This document shows, in pieces, positions 39,628 to 52,312 of a stretch of 64,000 nucleotides of DNA. The stretch comes from Phoronis australis. Taxonomy: Eukaryota > Animalia > Phoronida. Each line of letters opens with the position of its first letter. The first letter of the stretch is position 1. Below the pieces are notes generated by a model. The model was not told the DNA's origin, did no database searches, and was given only the letters and a program-made list of their open reading frames with translations. The stretch is from positions 562,570-626,569 of the forward strand of contig NMRA01000129.1 in the NCBI GenBank assembly GCA_002633005.1, in the 5' to 3' direction. A program made the translations under genes and the position numbers.

Positions 39628-40151
39628 ATATTTCGAAACATACTTGTTCCATTCTCAAGTGAAGATAAAATGACGCAGTAATGCCACCACAGAGTATAAG
39701 CTGATGACACACACAGTGAGACACGGCGGGTGTGAAATACTGCAAAGAATGACTAATGAAGGGGGGTAACAGAAAAGTCACGCAAACAAGTGTAACGTGC
39801 GGCACGACCCTGTTTGCTGCTCATTCAAAACAGGCTTCTCAAAAGCAATTAAAAGGGACTCTAATACTTTCAAACGCAGCACATCTTGCTCCACGTAACA
39901 AATTGACATGTTTTCCACAATTTCTTGACGGGTGATTTTACGTGCGTGGCATTGCAGAAAATGATCTTGAATGGCGCCATTTTGAAGATACATGACTTTC
40001 CTGTTACCCCCCTTCATTAGTCATTCTTTGCAGTATTTCACACCCGCCGTGCCTCACTGTGTGTGTGTCGTCATCTTATACTCTGTGGTGGCATTACTGC
40101 GTCATTTTATCTTCACTTGAGAATGAAACAAGTATATTTCGAAATATCGTG
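39628..40151 (-). mobile_element. Penelope-like element fragment: GIY-YIG endonuclease C-terminus between inverted pseudo-LTRs
   Basis: Minus ORF MYLQNGAIQDHF...LRLKVLESLLIAFEKPVLNEQ...RTLHLFA* contains the E..LI....P.LN motif. Inverted arms of about 155 bp lie at 39628-39780 and 39993-40147. Confidence 0.8.
40114..40151 (+). ncRNA. Putative minimal type I hammerhead ribozyme, U3-A8 variant
   Basis: CAC-TTGAGAA-T-GAAACA(AGTA)TATTTC-GAAA-TA-TC^-GTG. The two copies combine to a perfect stem II GAAACA/TGTTTC. Confidence 0.6.
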
Positions 40152-40782
40152 TGTCTTTTAATTATGTCGCTAGGTCAGTTACTGTATCTACAGTTGAGAG
40201 TAGAGTTTTGTTCCGAAAGTACGAATGCAACGGAATAAAGACTGTGAACAATGAAAAGTGTCGTGCATTTAACAAATTCCGTATAACCGAAAACTTGCTC
40301 CCAAAGTACAGTCAAATATTGGACTGTGTATGTAATAAAATGTTTGAGAGTTTCAACTGAATTTAGTTTTGTATAAACAGTTGTTTTCTGGGGAAAAGTG
40401 CTGCTTTTGGAAAGGCTGCCAACAACACCTATGGTTTGTTTACATGGAACCTGTCAAATCAACTCTTCCACCAAAGTTTTCCTATTATGCAAAGCCCCAT
40501 TGTTTGATGAATGCTGGTAAAAGGACATTTTCCTAATCATGATACATTCAAAAATAGTTTTGCTGAAAAACGCGGCCACGTGACCACACGAATTCCGTAG
40601 TGTTATGAATAACGTGAATAGATTTGCCTCGACAAGTTTCAGAAAATATTTTTTTGTATACAACAACTGCTAGATACCTGGTCATTTCAAAAAGAAGACA
40701 TTTTAATTGGGGGTGTACCTGACCTTAATAAGTATTTAATCATTTGTTCAATACTTTATTCAGCCAGTTTGATTCATTTCAG

Positions 40783-40934
40783 AGGACCATGGATTAAACT
40801 TGTCCAATGGTTTCAACCGCAAATTGGACCAACAATACCTGAAGGCGCTGGAGGGGTTCTTAATGGTGATTTCCAGCGATGGTGACATCACTTATCTATC
40901 AGAAAACGTGTCCAAGTACCTTGGTCTGGCCCAG
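40783..40934 (+). CDS. HIF1A: HIF-alpha exon 3, PAS-A start (...[37 protein letters not shown])
   Basis: YLKALEGF and YLSENV.KYLGL.Q motifs; phase 1/0. Confidence 0.97.
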
Positions 40935-40986
40935 GTGAGTACATGGTGTGAAGACTGAATGAGTTTTAATGAGTGTGAGCTAGAAG

Positions 40987-41112
40987 TGTGGATAGTTCAA
41001 AAACTGTGATATCCCACCAAATGTGGACAACAATATTAACAAAATTCACTGTGGATAGTTCAAAAACTGTGATATCCCACCAAATGTGGACAACAATATT
41101 AACAAAGTTCAC
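40987..41112. repeat. 63-bp tandem duplication
   Basis: tgtggatagttcaaaaactgtg...aacaaa.ttcac, two copies. Confidence 0.9.
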
Positions 41113-43247
41113 TGTTTTTCATTTTTCGAAGACTCCCAACGTTTTGGGTCCACAATTTTTCAGAACATTGTTTGGTGTTAACTTTGATATAGAAATTTAA
41201 AGTATTTGTTAAGGGCTGCTTGAAGGATGGACTCCGAAGACAGAATGCCTATTTTGACTATGAAATATGTGTATTCTGGGTTATCTTTAGAGCCTGGTTT
41301 TTATTGTGCTCTTGCTGTTAATTAAATGCAATTACTATCAGCCCATCCCATCACATGCCTCATTTAATTCTGAAACAAAAACTGAGGTGGTGCTGGCTTG
41401 AACCGAAGTTCATGACATGAGTCGAAAAGCTTGAATGAAATTTGTTAGCAGAGAAGAAAACACGCTTTGGCTGACTTCATATTGCATATCATAATTAATT
41501 TAAGTTGAAAGCCAAACATAATGAATGAGCGCTATACTGTGAAATGGCTATTGGATTGAGCATTTGGGAAATGATAAACAAGTTTTGCAAGGTGAGTGTT
41601 TCTGTGTCCTGAGCTATTGAGGGAAGACATGTGCTCAGGGCACCTCTCCAGGATACACATACTTTAGGACATGCTCGTGTGCACTTTGAATTTGATTTTT
41701 CAAACTTATGGTCGGTATTGGAAAGTAAGTTTCATTTTTTGGGAAAGTTGAAAAAAGGAGCTTCAAAAGTAAATACGTTGGTTCAAGATATTTACCAAAA
41801 ACATTTGTTTGGTTAGGTTGCCCTCTTCTGGATTGTTTTTTTGCACTATTACGACTGAATGAATTGCCAACCTTTCAACTATAGGGCAGACCTTGACATT
41901 ATTATCTGTCTGTCGGACTTTGACATCTGGATACTGTTAATACACAGTGTTGTTCAATAACTAATGGTTGCGAAACATCATCATCATCAACATCATTATC
42001 TTCAGTATCACCCATTGCCAGGGGGGGGGGGCCTGTTTCTGTTTATCAGGCTTGGTTGGCTACAGCTACCTTCATTTTTAACTGTTCAACAGCACTCCTA
42101 ATACCCTATCTTGATTAGTCTGACAAGCAACTACCCCATCTGTTAAGGTATACCTTCCCTGCTGCCGTGACTTAATTAAAAGTGCCCATTTGATGAAGGC
42201 CCACTTAGGGTGGATTTTAGTTCCCGTGCTGCTTGTACTGTGCTGTTGACCAGTGCATTTTCTAATGCAATCAGAGTAGCATCGAAAGTTTGTGTCGTCT
42301 TAGGCGAAAAAGAGGACGAACTTAATTCCTTCTCTGGAGATCCAGGAGAATTTTTCAATTATCATTGTTTTTAAAACTTGACATTCGTAGTTTTCTCATG
42401 AAGCGAATATCCTCGAATATTCGTGGGCTGTGCCTTTGCACTATTAGTGCATAAAAAATAAAAAGGCACAAGTACATTGTAGCGGTGCGCTTCTCAGGCG
42501 CATCTTTTGAAATGCAACATTCTTCCAAAAATGCAAGATTCTAGTCAACTTACTGCCAGTGTGTTCTTATTCCACCTCAGCTAAACAGTCTGTTTGATGT
42601 CTTTTGTCAGATTGCCTTTTTGTATGGAATTTTTAAATGAAAATACAACTTTTGTATGACTTTGTTCATCTTTGGATTTTTCTCGGGGGTTTCTGTTTCA
42701 TATGTTACCACTTTAATTACACTAAGTCTGCTGTGCTCAACTTTTTTAAAAAAGGCACACTTTTTACCATCAGGTGTGCCCAGAGGGCACAGGTTCAAAC
42801 CTGAAAAGGAATATCCCTGTAGCCTCCCAACTTCCCAACTCGTTTGGGTAAATGCCCACTCTTGAGTTAAATGATGTTGTTTTGAGCACCCCATGCTTGG
42901 TTAACGCCCATTGCCTGATTGTTTGTTTTTCTCAATTTATACACATAGTTTATGGTCTAGGTCCTTCGGTTCAGAGTTTGGTCACCGGGTATGGAGCATT
43001 TTGGGCGCATATGTTGAGATCATGAACACAGGTTTTTTATTCTCTTGTTCAGGACTGTTATTTAGAGGATTGGAGCTGGAATTCAGAGGTTTGGCTGTAG
43101 AGCTGTTAACACACCCTGATGTTACATTTCTCTTTGTTGTTATTTGACATTTACGGTTTCAAACGGTGCTACATTACCATTCCGGTTCCTACTAATTAGA
43201 TTATTTTTATTATTACTTTTACGAGCACTGTCCTCTGTCCCTGTCAG

Positions 43248-43436
43248 GTTGACCTAGTTGGACAGAATGTTTTTGAGTACACACACCCGTGTGATCATGA
43301 TGAGATCCGTGAGATGGTGACGGCCAAGCGCACATCACATCGGCAGGAGCGGACAGAACGGACGTTCTTCACACGACTCAAGTGTACACTTACCACCAAG
43401 GGGCGCAATGTCAACTTAAAGTCTGCCACATACAAG
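43248..43436 (+). CDS. HIF1A: HIF-alpha exon 4 (VDLVGQNVFEYTHPCDHDEIREM...FFTRLKCTLTTKGRNVNLKSATYK)
   Basis: HPCDH.E and KCTLT.KGR.VNLKSAT.K motifs; 189 nt. Confidence 0.97.
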
Positions 43437-43787
43437 GTATGTCGGAGCCTCTTCAGATTAGGTCAGGCGGCTCTCTTTAGAAGGAAATTTAAACATAGCT
43501 CTAATTTAGTGTCATGTTTTCACATTGTAATCTTCTCATCTTTTAGGCTTATTCACAGATTTCACACTTTCTGAGCATGTCTATATCTTTACAACGGAAG
43601 AATCTAAATTACTCTTTAACTATATGTCTTTGCATTTAGAGCAGGTAATTTTTCAGTCAGCTATATTTAAACACAGCTGCGAGCTTTTTAGAAAATGGTG
43701 CTGTATTTCTAAGTGTGGCTTAGCACTTTCTGTCATGGTCTGAGCTCTGTTAGTAGCATATAGGTGAATTAAATTTCTGTTTTTCAG

Positions 43788-43981
43788 GTGTTACATTGTA
43801 CAGGACATATAGTTCACCAAGAAGTGAAACCTAACGTTGGTGACTCGGACGCAGCCAATTCATTTCTTGTGATGATCGCTGAACCAATACCCCACCCGTC
43901 CAACATTGAGGTGCCCCTGGGGCCCTCTACGTTCCTTAGTAAACATTCGCTGGACATGAAGTTCCTCTACTGCGATGACAG
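43788..43981 (+). CDS. HIF1A: HIF-alpha exon 5 (VLHCTGH...[34 protein letters not shown])
   Basis: HIF-specific [11 protein letters not shown] and FLS.HSLDMKF motifs; phase 0/2. Confidence 0.98.
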
Positions 43982-46131
43982 GTAGGCATATTGTTGTTGG
44001 TAGTAATTTCTTAAAGTTTCATTCCATACCTGTCTCGCAGCTAGTATGGCTAATATGTTTGTACACACCTGTACCTGAATTGTGATGACAGATAGGCAGT
44101 GTTACTTTTAGGCTTGATGAAAATAATTCAGCAAAGCAGTATTCCATTTGCTTGCCCTGGGCTTGCAACTGGTATCAGCATTACATTTCGGCTTGTGTTT
44201 TTCTTTGGTTTGATTTTACATTTGTTTTAGGAATTAATTCTAGTTCTGAAATAAAGTAAATTTTCCTACAATGTCTGAGGTGAAGCACAGAGCAACTCAA
44301 CTCTACACATTTGCCTGTTAACATCCATGTAAAAGCAACAGAGACGTGCATTTTGTAGATGCAAGAATCTCTCCAATAAGCAAGAGCTCGAAATTTTTGC
44401 CAGATATCGCCAAGCAAAGCACGTGATCATGCTGGTTTCAGTATGGACTTAATTATTGATGAGCTATTGTGTGAGATGCAGTGTGTGCCTGTCAAGTTGT
44501 CTCAGGAGCAACCCTACCAACGCAATCAAGTATTTGCTATCTTTGTTGCACACGCATACTCTTCCAGGAATAGACTGACCCACTTCCAGTCCAAACCAAT
44601 TTAGCTTGAGGTCACTGAAGTGCCTCTCGAGTTGGTCATCTGCATTTACACAGATATCATCTGCATTTTCTCTGATATCACCTTCATTTACACTCTGAGT
44701 CAACTCTTTAAATATCTTGGGAGACCGTTGGCCACCTGGTTGGTTTTGTGCAGCATGTGCGTTTTGCGAATGCATAATATTGACTAAACAAGAAAGGTGA
44801 TTTAACCAAATCATGTTAGGGTAACAACTACTTTGCAGTGCCCCAGTTTTTTCAGTTTTTACGTGCTGCCTTATGTGACTTAATGCATTATTAGTCTTTG
44901 AGTGTATGGCTTGTGATGGAATTCAAAGTAACTGTTTTTTTACCGGAACTCAAAGTTATTATCCTGTTATCAGCATTTGTTTTGTCTAGTTGGCATTTGC
45001 TAGCTCTTGCTGTAATCTGTGTTGTTTAGTGCCATGCCTGTCTCACCCTGCCACTGTTAACTAGCATTGACAACCATCTTGGACAGCTGACTAGATTTGG
45101 CACTATACATCAACATTGTTTTGTTAAACACTTTTGTGGGGTGTGTATTGTTTCAAAATTGTAATATGTCACAACACGCATTTTTACATGTTCTTTGTCA
45201 ATTTTTTCTGTTAGTCAGGACCCAGTTGCATAAATCTTATATGATGTATAGCAACAACGGCATCGCATCATCATGGCTCAAGGAACTGACAAATTGATTT
45301 TACTGCCTTACTTTCAAAGTAAGGCTAAATCAGTGCCAGAAGCATAGCTCACAACAACACTCTACGTGCACACAGTAAATCCCAAATAGTGAGAGTTTTA
45401 CTGACGATGTCCAAATTTATGTGGAGCTACCATTCAACACGATTCAATGTGACTCATCATGTCTTTCCAAAACACAAGAGATTTCCCGCAATAGGACACA
45501 TTGAAATGATGAGGTATTGGGAGACTGTGCCAGTTGACCAAGATAGGCTTCACCTTTGGGTTTAGTGTTGTGAAGACTTAATTCTGATAAACTAGGTTCT
45601 GATTTGGCAAGTACCAGCTTGCAAAATGGGACCTCAGATTGCCACTGCAGTTGGAAACTGGCCAAATGCAACTTCACATTTTAGTTTTTCAACTCGCCAA
45701 ACGTATCCTCAAGTTCCAAGATTTTCCACTGGTTGCCATGTTTTCTGAGAAAATAGTCGCCAGTTTTGAACTTTTCTCACTTGTTTAAGGATATCTTAAA
45801 CCTTATTCACAAAAATTGGCCATTTTTTAAAATGTTTCAAATATGTCTTGCAAAATACCTTATCTTCATTCTCAGGGAACTTCTAATACCAAGTATGTAC
45901 CGTGTAGTAAGAAAAAAGATTTAGCAGAACCACCTTGGAAACATGGAAATTTGTTTACTAATTATCCAAAGTCAAAGGTTATGGGGCTTTCTCCCGCCAG
46001 GCACATAGCAGCTCCGTATGTACCCTCAGTCTTTTCATTCACCAAGTGGCCATAATACTGTGCCAACAATGTGTACTTATGATAGAAAGTTGGCGGGGAA
46101 ATGGAAGACCAACTGTAGCTTTGATGTTGAG

Positions 46132-46355
46132 GAAGTGTCTGCATTCATACAACCTTTGAGAATGATCTTGAAGTGTCTGCATTCATACAACCTTTGAGAA
46201 TGATCTTGACGTGTCTGCATTCATACAACCTTTGAGAATGATCTTGAAGTGTCTGCATTCATACAACCTTTGAGAATGATCTTGAAGTGTCTGCATTCAT
46301 ACAACCTTTGAGAATGATCTTGAAGTGTCTGCATTCATACAACCTTTGAGAATGA
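46132..46355. repeat. 38-bp minisatellite (about 6 copies) inside the transposon
   Basis: Unit gaagtgtctgcattcatacaacctttgagaatgatctt starting at 46132, 46170, 46208, 46246, 46284 and 46322. Confidence 0.95.
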
Positions 46356-46765
46356 ATGCTGCGAGTTGTCTCATGCCTCGATCTTTGACTTTGTGTTCGT
46401 GAACACATCATGTTGTAAAAAGAGATAAATCTTCACCCAAATTCTTTAATTCGGGTAATTTGACATTTTGCTGTTTGGTTCTCATGCCCACGATGTGCTT
46501 TAACCACCAACTCTATTTCTGTTGTCCATTTCATACTTGAGTGTAGTGTGTCTGCATTGAACTGTTGACTTACTTTAAAGTGGACCACAATGCACCAGCT
46601 TGACCCACTTAATACGTTAGTTCCGCTCGTGACCTAGTTGGACTCATTGCATTGGAAATCGACTTGGCTAATTCAACATTTTTGTGGTAATGAAGTTACT
46701 TACGCACTGCAAATTCAGATGACATTGCGCATGAATGTTGAAATAATGAACGCGGCTAAGGGGTG

Positions 46766-47643
46766 TATATATAGATTATTACATGGCGAAGTCGTTATCC
46801 CCCGTTATCTAGAGCACGAGTGGATTTTGGAGAATTATCGCCCGAGGGGCGTAAGCCCCGAGGGTGATAATTCTCCAAAATCCACGAGGGCTCTAGATAA
46901 GGGGGATAACGGCTGAGAACATGTAATAATCTATTTATACCACATACTAAACGAGAAACATTGCAATGAATCGATTTACCTTTTCTGACTCTCCACGGCT
47001 TTGTAACTACTTTCTATGTCAGAGGCCCGGGGTCGGAGGTCGTGACCTTTTAAGAAAAGCCCGGCTATTTTTGTCAAATAATGCTTTTACTCAAAACCAA
47101 TTGAAAACTTAAATATTATAGAAATAAATTGAATTTATAAATTAAGGTTTACCAACTATTATAGCTTAAAACACGTTTTTTTCACGCTAAGCTTCGACCG
47201 GGAAATTATCGTCTGCTAAAGTAGGTTACCACTGGTAACTGAATATAATTCTCAAGTCAAAGATCCTGACGACACGATACCCGCATTCAAACTAGAGATC
47301 GGTGATTTACAAGTAAGAAGACATGAGAGAAAAATTTCACGGAATTAAGATATCATTTTTATGGAAATTATGTGTCTTATTTTCCGTAACGTATAAGCAC
47401 AGTACAATGCGGTTTGTTGAACGTGCGATTATTGCGCGTGCTCATTTAAGTATTCTATTTTCACTCTTGATGACGTCAGTCGCTGCGTGGTGTAGTGGTT
47501 AAAGTCGGCGATCAGCAATACCAAGGTCCCGGGTTCGACTCCGTCCTCGGATTCCCGCCAAATCGTTATCTCACTAGTGAGATAACTTTATGGGTTATTA
47601 CACGGTTTTATCTGCCGTTTGACGCTAATATTGTGGTATAAAG
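46766..47643. mobile_element. Insertion with a terminal palindrome of about 165 bp, short inverted repeats and an internal tRNA-like segment (possibly Crypton-like)
   Basis: Absent from the intron-1 copy of the host element. Hairpin at 46771-46934. TTTATACCACA (46934-46944) is inverted relative to TGTGGTATAAA (47632-47642). A and B boxes at 47488-47542. Confidence 0.65.
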
Positions 47644-47683
47644 GTTATTATTGACCAAAAACAAGTTTTCACCAAATACTTAA

Positions 47684-48254
47684 GGTAACTGTGAATTTTG
47701 TTTAGGAGGTTGTATTTATGTGCAGATATCTTATATATTTTCTGAAAGGTGCATAAATTTCTTAACTAAATTTATTGTTCTTATTTACTTGTCTTTATTT
47801 TTTCGTGAGATATGTTTTCAATATTTTTTTTACTTTGAACAGAGATTTAAAAAATGTTGCTCCTCCAATCATATTGGTCTTTTGTCAACATGTTGAAACA
47901 GTGTTTTCGAGGGAACCATGTCTCAGATTTTTGAAATAGGTCTTTTAGAGGATTTTGAGGACCTATTTCAAAAATCTTGAGACATGGTTCCCTCAAAAAT
48001 GTCGTTATCAACATGTTGACTAAAGACCAATGTGATTGGAGGAACAATATTTTTAAAATCTGTTCAAAGTTAAAAAAATTATTTACTAAAAATGCATATC
48101 ACGTGAAAAATAAAGGCAATTAAATACGAACAATAAATTTTATTAGGAAATGTATTCAGCTTTCAGAAAATAAATACGTTGTAAGGAATAGAGCAAACGG
48201 AATTTAAGATATTTGATCATAAATACAACCTGGTAAACAAGGTTCACAGTTACC
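47684..48254. mobile_element. Foldback MITE with a TTAA TSD (GG...CC ends, Kolobok-like)
   Basis: TTAA|GGTAACTGTGAA at the left and TTCACAGTTACC|TTAA at the right; almost entirely palindromic. Relatives at about 25620-26020 and 61700-61800. Confidence 0.85.
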
Positions 48255-50848
48255 TTAACCGAAGACCTTAAGAGTTTCGTCTCGACTTAATTGGTTTTTC
48301 TCGTCTTCGGCAAATCGACTTAATTTGAACGTATGAACACAAGTTCTCGAAAATGGCGTGGTGGATTTCGCTGAAACGTCCCAAACTAAATATTTATTCA
48401 TCAATCTCAAAAGCGCTGTTAGGATTTTTGATATAATGGCCTAGTTTTTGCGTAATGTCAAATACAGCTGTTATTTTTTTTACAAAAATACTTTACGTTT
48501 TGTGAGATGATTTGTCATAGAAACCAACCAAAAAGACAAATTGAAAATTTTTAAGTGAAGTGCATTTTTTTGGTAACTGGTGAAGTTTTTGTTTAAAAAG
48601 GTTTCATTAAAATCGCTCGCGGGTTTACTTTGCTACGAATGTACCTTTCGTAAAAATTAAATTTTGACTTAAAAAAGGTGTTAACGTAATAATAATTCAT
48701 AAATATAAAACATATTTTTATATTCCCTGATCTTTTTTCTTTCAGAAAATATATACTTTTACTAATTGACAAAGCCTAGTTTTTTGATAGGAGTTAGAAT
48801 GGAGGCCACTAAATAAGGTTTGAGATAACTTTAAGCATTTTAGTGGAAGTTTTGTTTCTTTGTGAAAAAAGGTTGCAAAAGTCATGTGGCATCAAATACA
48901 GAATAATATAAATTTCTGTCCATCAGGACGAATCTTGTTACTACTAGCCAAGCATAGCTTCAGACATTTCGTAATGTCTCATGAAATTTGAATTTCCTGC
49001 CTTAGTGAAAAAATATTCCCATCTAATTTTTGTATGATAGCTCTAGAACCCAACTGTTGAATCAGTCTAATTCTTATTCAAACTTTTCAGTTTGCAAGGA
49101 AAACTTTTCAATCCAAGTCAACTCCTAATATATGAAAAGTAGGCTATTTTTTACTATTAGAGCATGTTGTGATACTTCTATGCCTTAGATTTTAATAATT
49201 ATTAAATTTCACCAGCAGTAGTTGATTTTCTGCAAGATCAATCAATCTGAGTTATTTATGCTTTTTTAACTGTGGAAGGAGAGTGTCCCTCTGTGTCTGT
49301 GCTTACATGGATCTGTTTTGCACTGTGTGACAGACAAATATGATTGTATCTCGTGTTGTGCCTGCCCTGTGTTGTCCTTGACCTCTATTGACGTCATCGG
49401 TGTTGTTTTGAAACTGGCTGGTTTATAAAAACCACCAGGTTAAGAATTGTTGGTTAATGAAGACCAGTATGTTTGTGCAAGCTTGCTCGCACTGTTTTAC
49501 AGAATGCAAAAATGTGTGTAGCCGTTTTTTTAGAAAAATCGACGGAGTGCATCCGTGACTGTTAGCGCTGTCTGAGTTTGTCTTAGAGCAGTTATGTTGA
49601 GCCTATGCATTTAAGCATTCAGTCAAAGTTTTGATTTATGCCATTGATTTCTGCACAAGTGATCTCTTATTGTTCCTTACTGAGATGAATGATTTCCTGG
49701 CTAAGGAATAACTGACAGATCGTTATTTCTTTGGAAATTTTATGAGTTCGGTCTGAAGAAATGGCTAACTCTTAGTTCTTGCTAAACCAAGTGCAGAGCG
49801 TGGGACAAGATCAGTTTTATAATGGACTAAGTCAAAACTTATTTTTTATTGAAAGCCTGGCCAGGGTTAAATGGTGCTTTAAGCCTAACGTTTTATTTAA
49901 CAAAATTGGCTGTTCCTATAAAAATATTAAGAGGTTTACAAAGGAAACCGGATGGGGAAGTCTGCTGTTGTTTTAGTTAAAAATAGTTGACCGGGTTTTA
50001 TCATCAGTCGGGAGACATGCAGACATTCAGGTCTTGGTCTCGACACTTGCGTCATATAGCTACCCTGTCTTCTGCTGTAGAAAGCGTGACAAATTCAGTT
50101 TGGACATTGACACTCAATGTACTTGACAGGATGTTTGAAACAGCAATGGCCCCAGTCCTTTTTCAAATTGAAAGATTGCGTGTTTTGGACTAACACTTGA
50201 ATTGGAAGGCTTTATAAATAACAGCAAATTACGGTTTACTGTATTGGATGTTCTTACCAGTGTTAGCCAACAAATTACGATTAGACTGAGAAGTAAACAG
50301 TGGGAAGTTAATAACCCGTTTTTGCTGACATGTGGCAAATATACGATTAAATTTAGGTTAGAGTGTTGTAATTTATCTTGGGCTTTGTTATGTAAGTTTA
50401 ATAATGTTGTATTTTTTAAATTTATGTTTCTTATACATATATATTATGCATATGATTGACTTGAATTGTTCTAACAGCTTGTGACTGGCACACTAGTGAA
50501 CATTAGTCAGGCCCAAGGTTTTTCTGGATTGGTTTGTTCTGGAAAGTGTACTTTAAAAAGTGATGAGATATGCTTGGACAACTTTCTGTTTATAAAAGTG
50601 CTGACTTTTAGAACAAATAAAATACCTCTCTTAGTTTTTTAGTCCCTGTTGTGAATTTTCTCATAAAATGTAACAAAAACTTTGCGGCTGCTTTGTCTAT
50701 TTATAAGAAATGAAAAATCTGTTGTTTTCAGTGATTTTCAGACCATGCGTAAAAAATGTCAGATATCTTGTGATTTTACTTCTGTGACAAATTGGAACAT
50801 CTTCATGGCTCACGATTTCTTACTTTGTCTTGTGGTGTTTCGTTGTAG

Positions 50849-50955
50849 AGTCTATGATTTGATTGGCTACTTGTCGAGTGACTTGGTTGGACAGTCAGTT
50901 TACGATTATCACCATGCCTTGGACAGTGCTGAAGTGGAAAAAGCATGCAAGACTT
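50849..50955 (+). CDS. HIF1A: HIF-alpha exon 6, PAS-B (VYDLIGYLSSDLVGQSVYDYHHALDSAEVEKACKT-L)
   Basis: GY...L.G.S.Y.YHHALD motif; phase 2/1. Confidence 0.97.
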
Positions 50956-52164
50956 GTAAGTGGTTTTGATAACAACTAATAATGGTAGCAATGGTATAAC
51001 TGGTTTCATTTATAGTTTTGTTTATGATAATTCTTCACTTATTTCGCACAATTAATTCTAATTTTTGCTATTTTTCAAATGGTGATTACCTTACTTCAGA
51101 TAATGAAAAATTTACCAAATGTTGTTAAATGACATACACGCAGTGCTGACTAAGGGAAATAGGCTAAAATGTTTTGTTATTTTTTGCTGAGAAGTTTGAC
51201 TAAACAAAATTTCACATTTTCTGCCACATTGTATGCTAACTCTGTAATACAATTTACTTGTAACGTGTTACTATGACATCCACCATATTCTGTATGATGT
51301 CTTTATCAAGTTTTCAAGTGGTCTTTTGTTAGCTGAGAATTTCCTGCTACTGATTGTTAACAATCACTTACTGGTGTCCTGCACCTTGAGAACCAGTTTC
51401 CTCCACTGAATAACGAGCCATGAAACTGGTCCTCAAAATCGGGTACCCTTGTAAGTAACTACTGCCTGTTGTATCAATTATTTATGGCTTTGTGCCAAGC
51501 ATTTGGTAGGGCATTAAGATTATTCTCTTCCAATTTGCAAACTATATTGCGAGCCAATACAATTTTCATTTTGTCAAATTTCTCATTATAATGAAGGTTA
51601 ACATTTTTTCCAATGGTACCATAGTTTATAGTACTGCATGGCAGTTATGAATTAACATTTGGTAAAACCTAGAATGTCTGTAGCCAGTTAGAAACACAAA
51701 AAGGTTGGCCATTATTTTTGTGCAAAATAACTGGAGAATTACTGTACCTGAGGATTTGAAATGTCTCAACTTATCTGGTTTTCCATGACATCATCCAACA
51801 TTTTTTAAGATGTCCAACATTATTTAGTGGCATATTCTAGTATGACTTGTGACCAGTAAACGCATAATTTGCTACGATTATGTTTCTTGACTTTCGAAGT
51901 TTGTTTAAAACAAAATATTTATGATACATCTGATGCTAAAAACAGCATTAAATTTGTTTCGCACTGGTTAAAGGTAAAAAGAATGTAAAATCAGTTACAA
52001 TAGATACTTAGATGAGCATTTTGTTTTTTTCTGTTTTATATTGATCAGAAATAGGCTTCAAAATAAATTCAGGCTGATTGTATGAAAACTAGAGGGCATT
52101 GTTTGTTAATCTCGTCACGATGAATGCTTGGCAGCAGTCTTCCTAATTGTGTTATGTTTTGCAG

Positions 52165-52312
52165 TATTCTCCAAGGGTCAGTCACAGATCGGTCAGTATC
52201 GATTTTTGGCCAAGTACGGCGGCTATGTGTGGGTCATTACCCAGGCAACCATCATTCACCATTCTAAGACTCAAAAACCTCAGTGCGTTGTCTGTGTCAA
52301 CTTTGTCATCAG
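52165..52312 (+). CDS. HIF1A: HIF-alpha exon 7, PAC ([30 protein letters not shown]...[13 protein letters not shown])
   Basis: KGQ...QYRFLAK.GGYVWV.TQAT motif; phase 1/2. Confidence 0.98.

Larger units (their letters stand above)
45789..48830. mobile_element. Non-autonomous TTAA-flanked DNA transposon (Kolobok-like) hosting nested insertions
   Basis: TTAA|GGATATCTTAAACCTTATT at the left and AATAAGGTTTGAGATAACT|TTAA at the right; purine-purine termini. Confidence 0.75.

Noticed and set aside
47480-47555. Possible functional tRNA gene (also 23760-23837 and 27756-27825)
   Set aside because: A and B boxes are present, but the acceptor and anticodon stems do not pair convincingly and all lie within repeats.
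35673-52312. Alternative assignment as SIM, NPAS1/3 or trachealess
   Set aside because: The PIPHPSNIE motif and the downstream NODD/CODD (APYIPM) motifs are specific to HIF-alpha.
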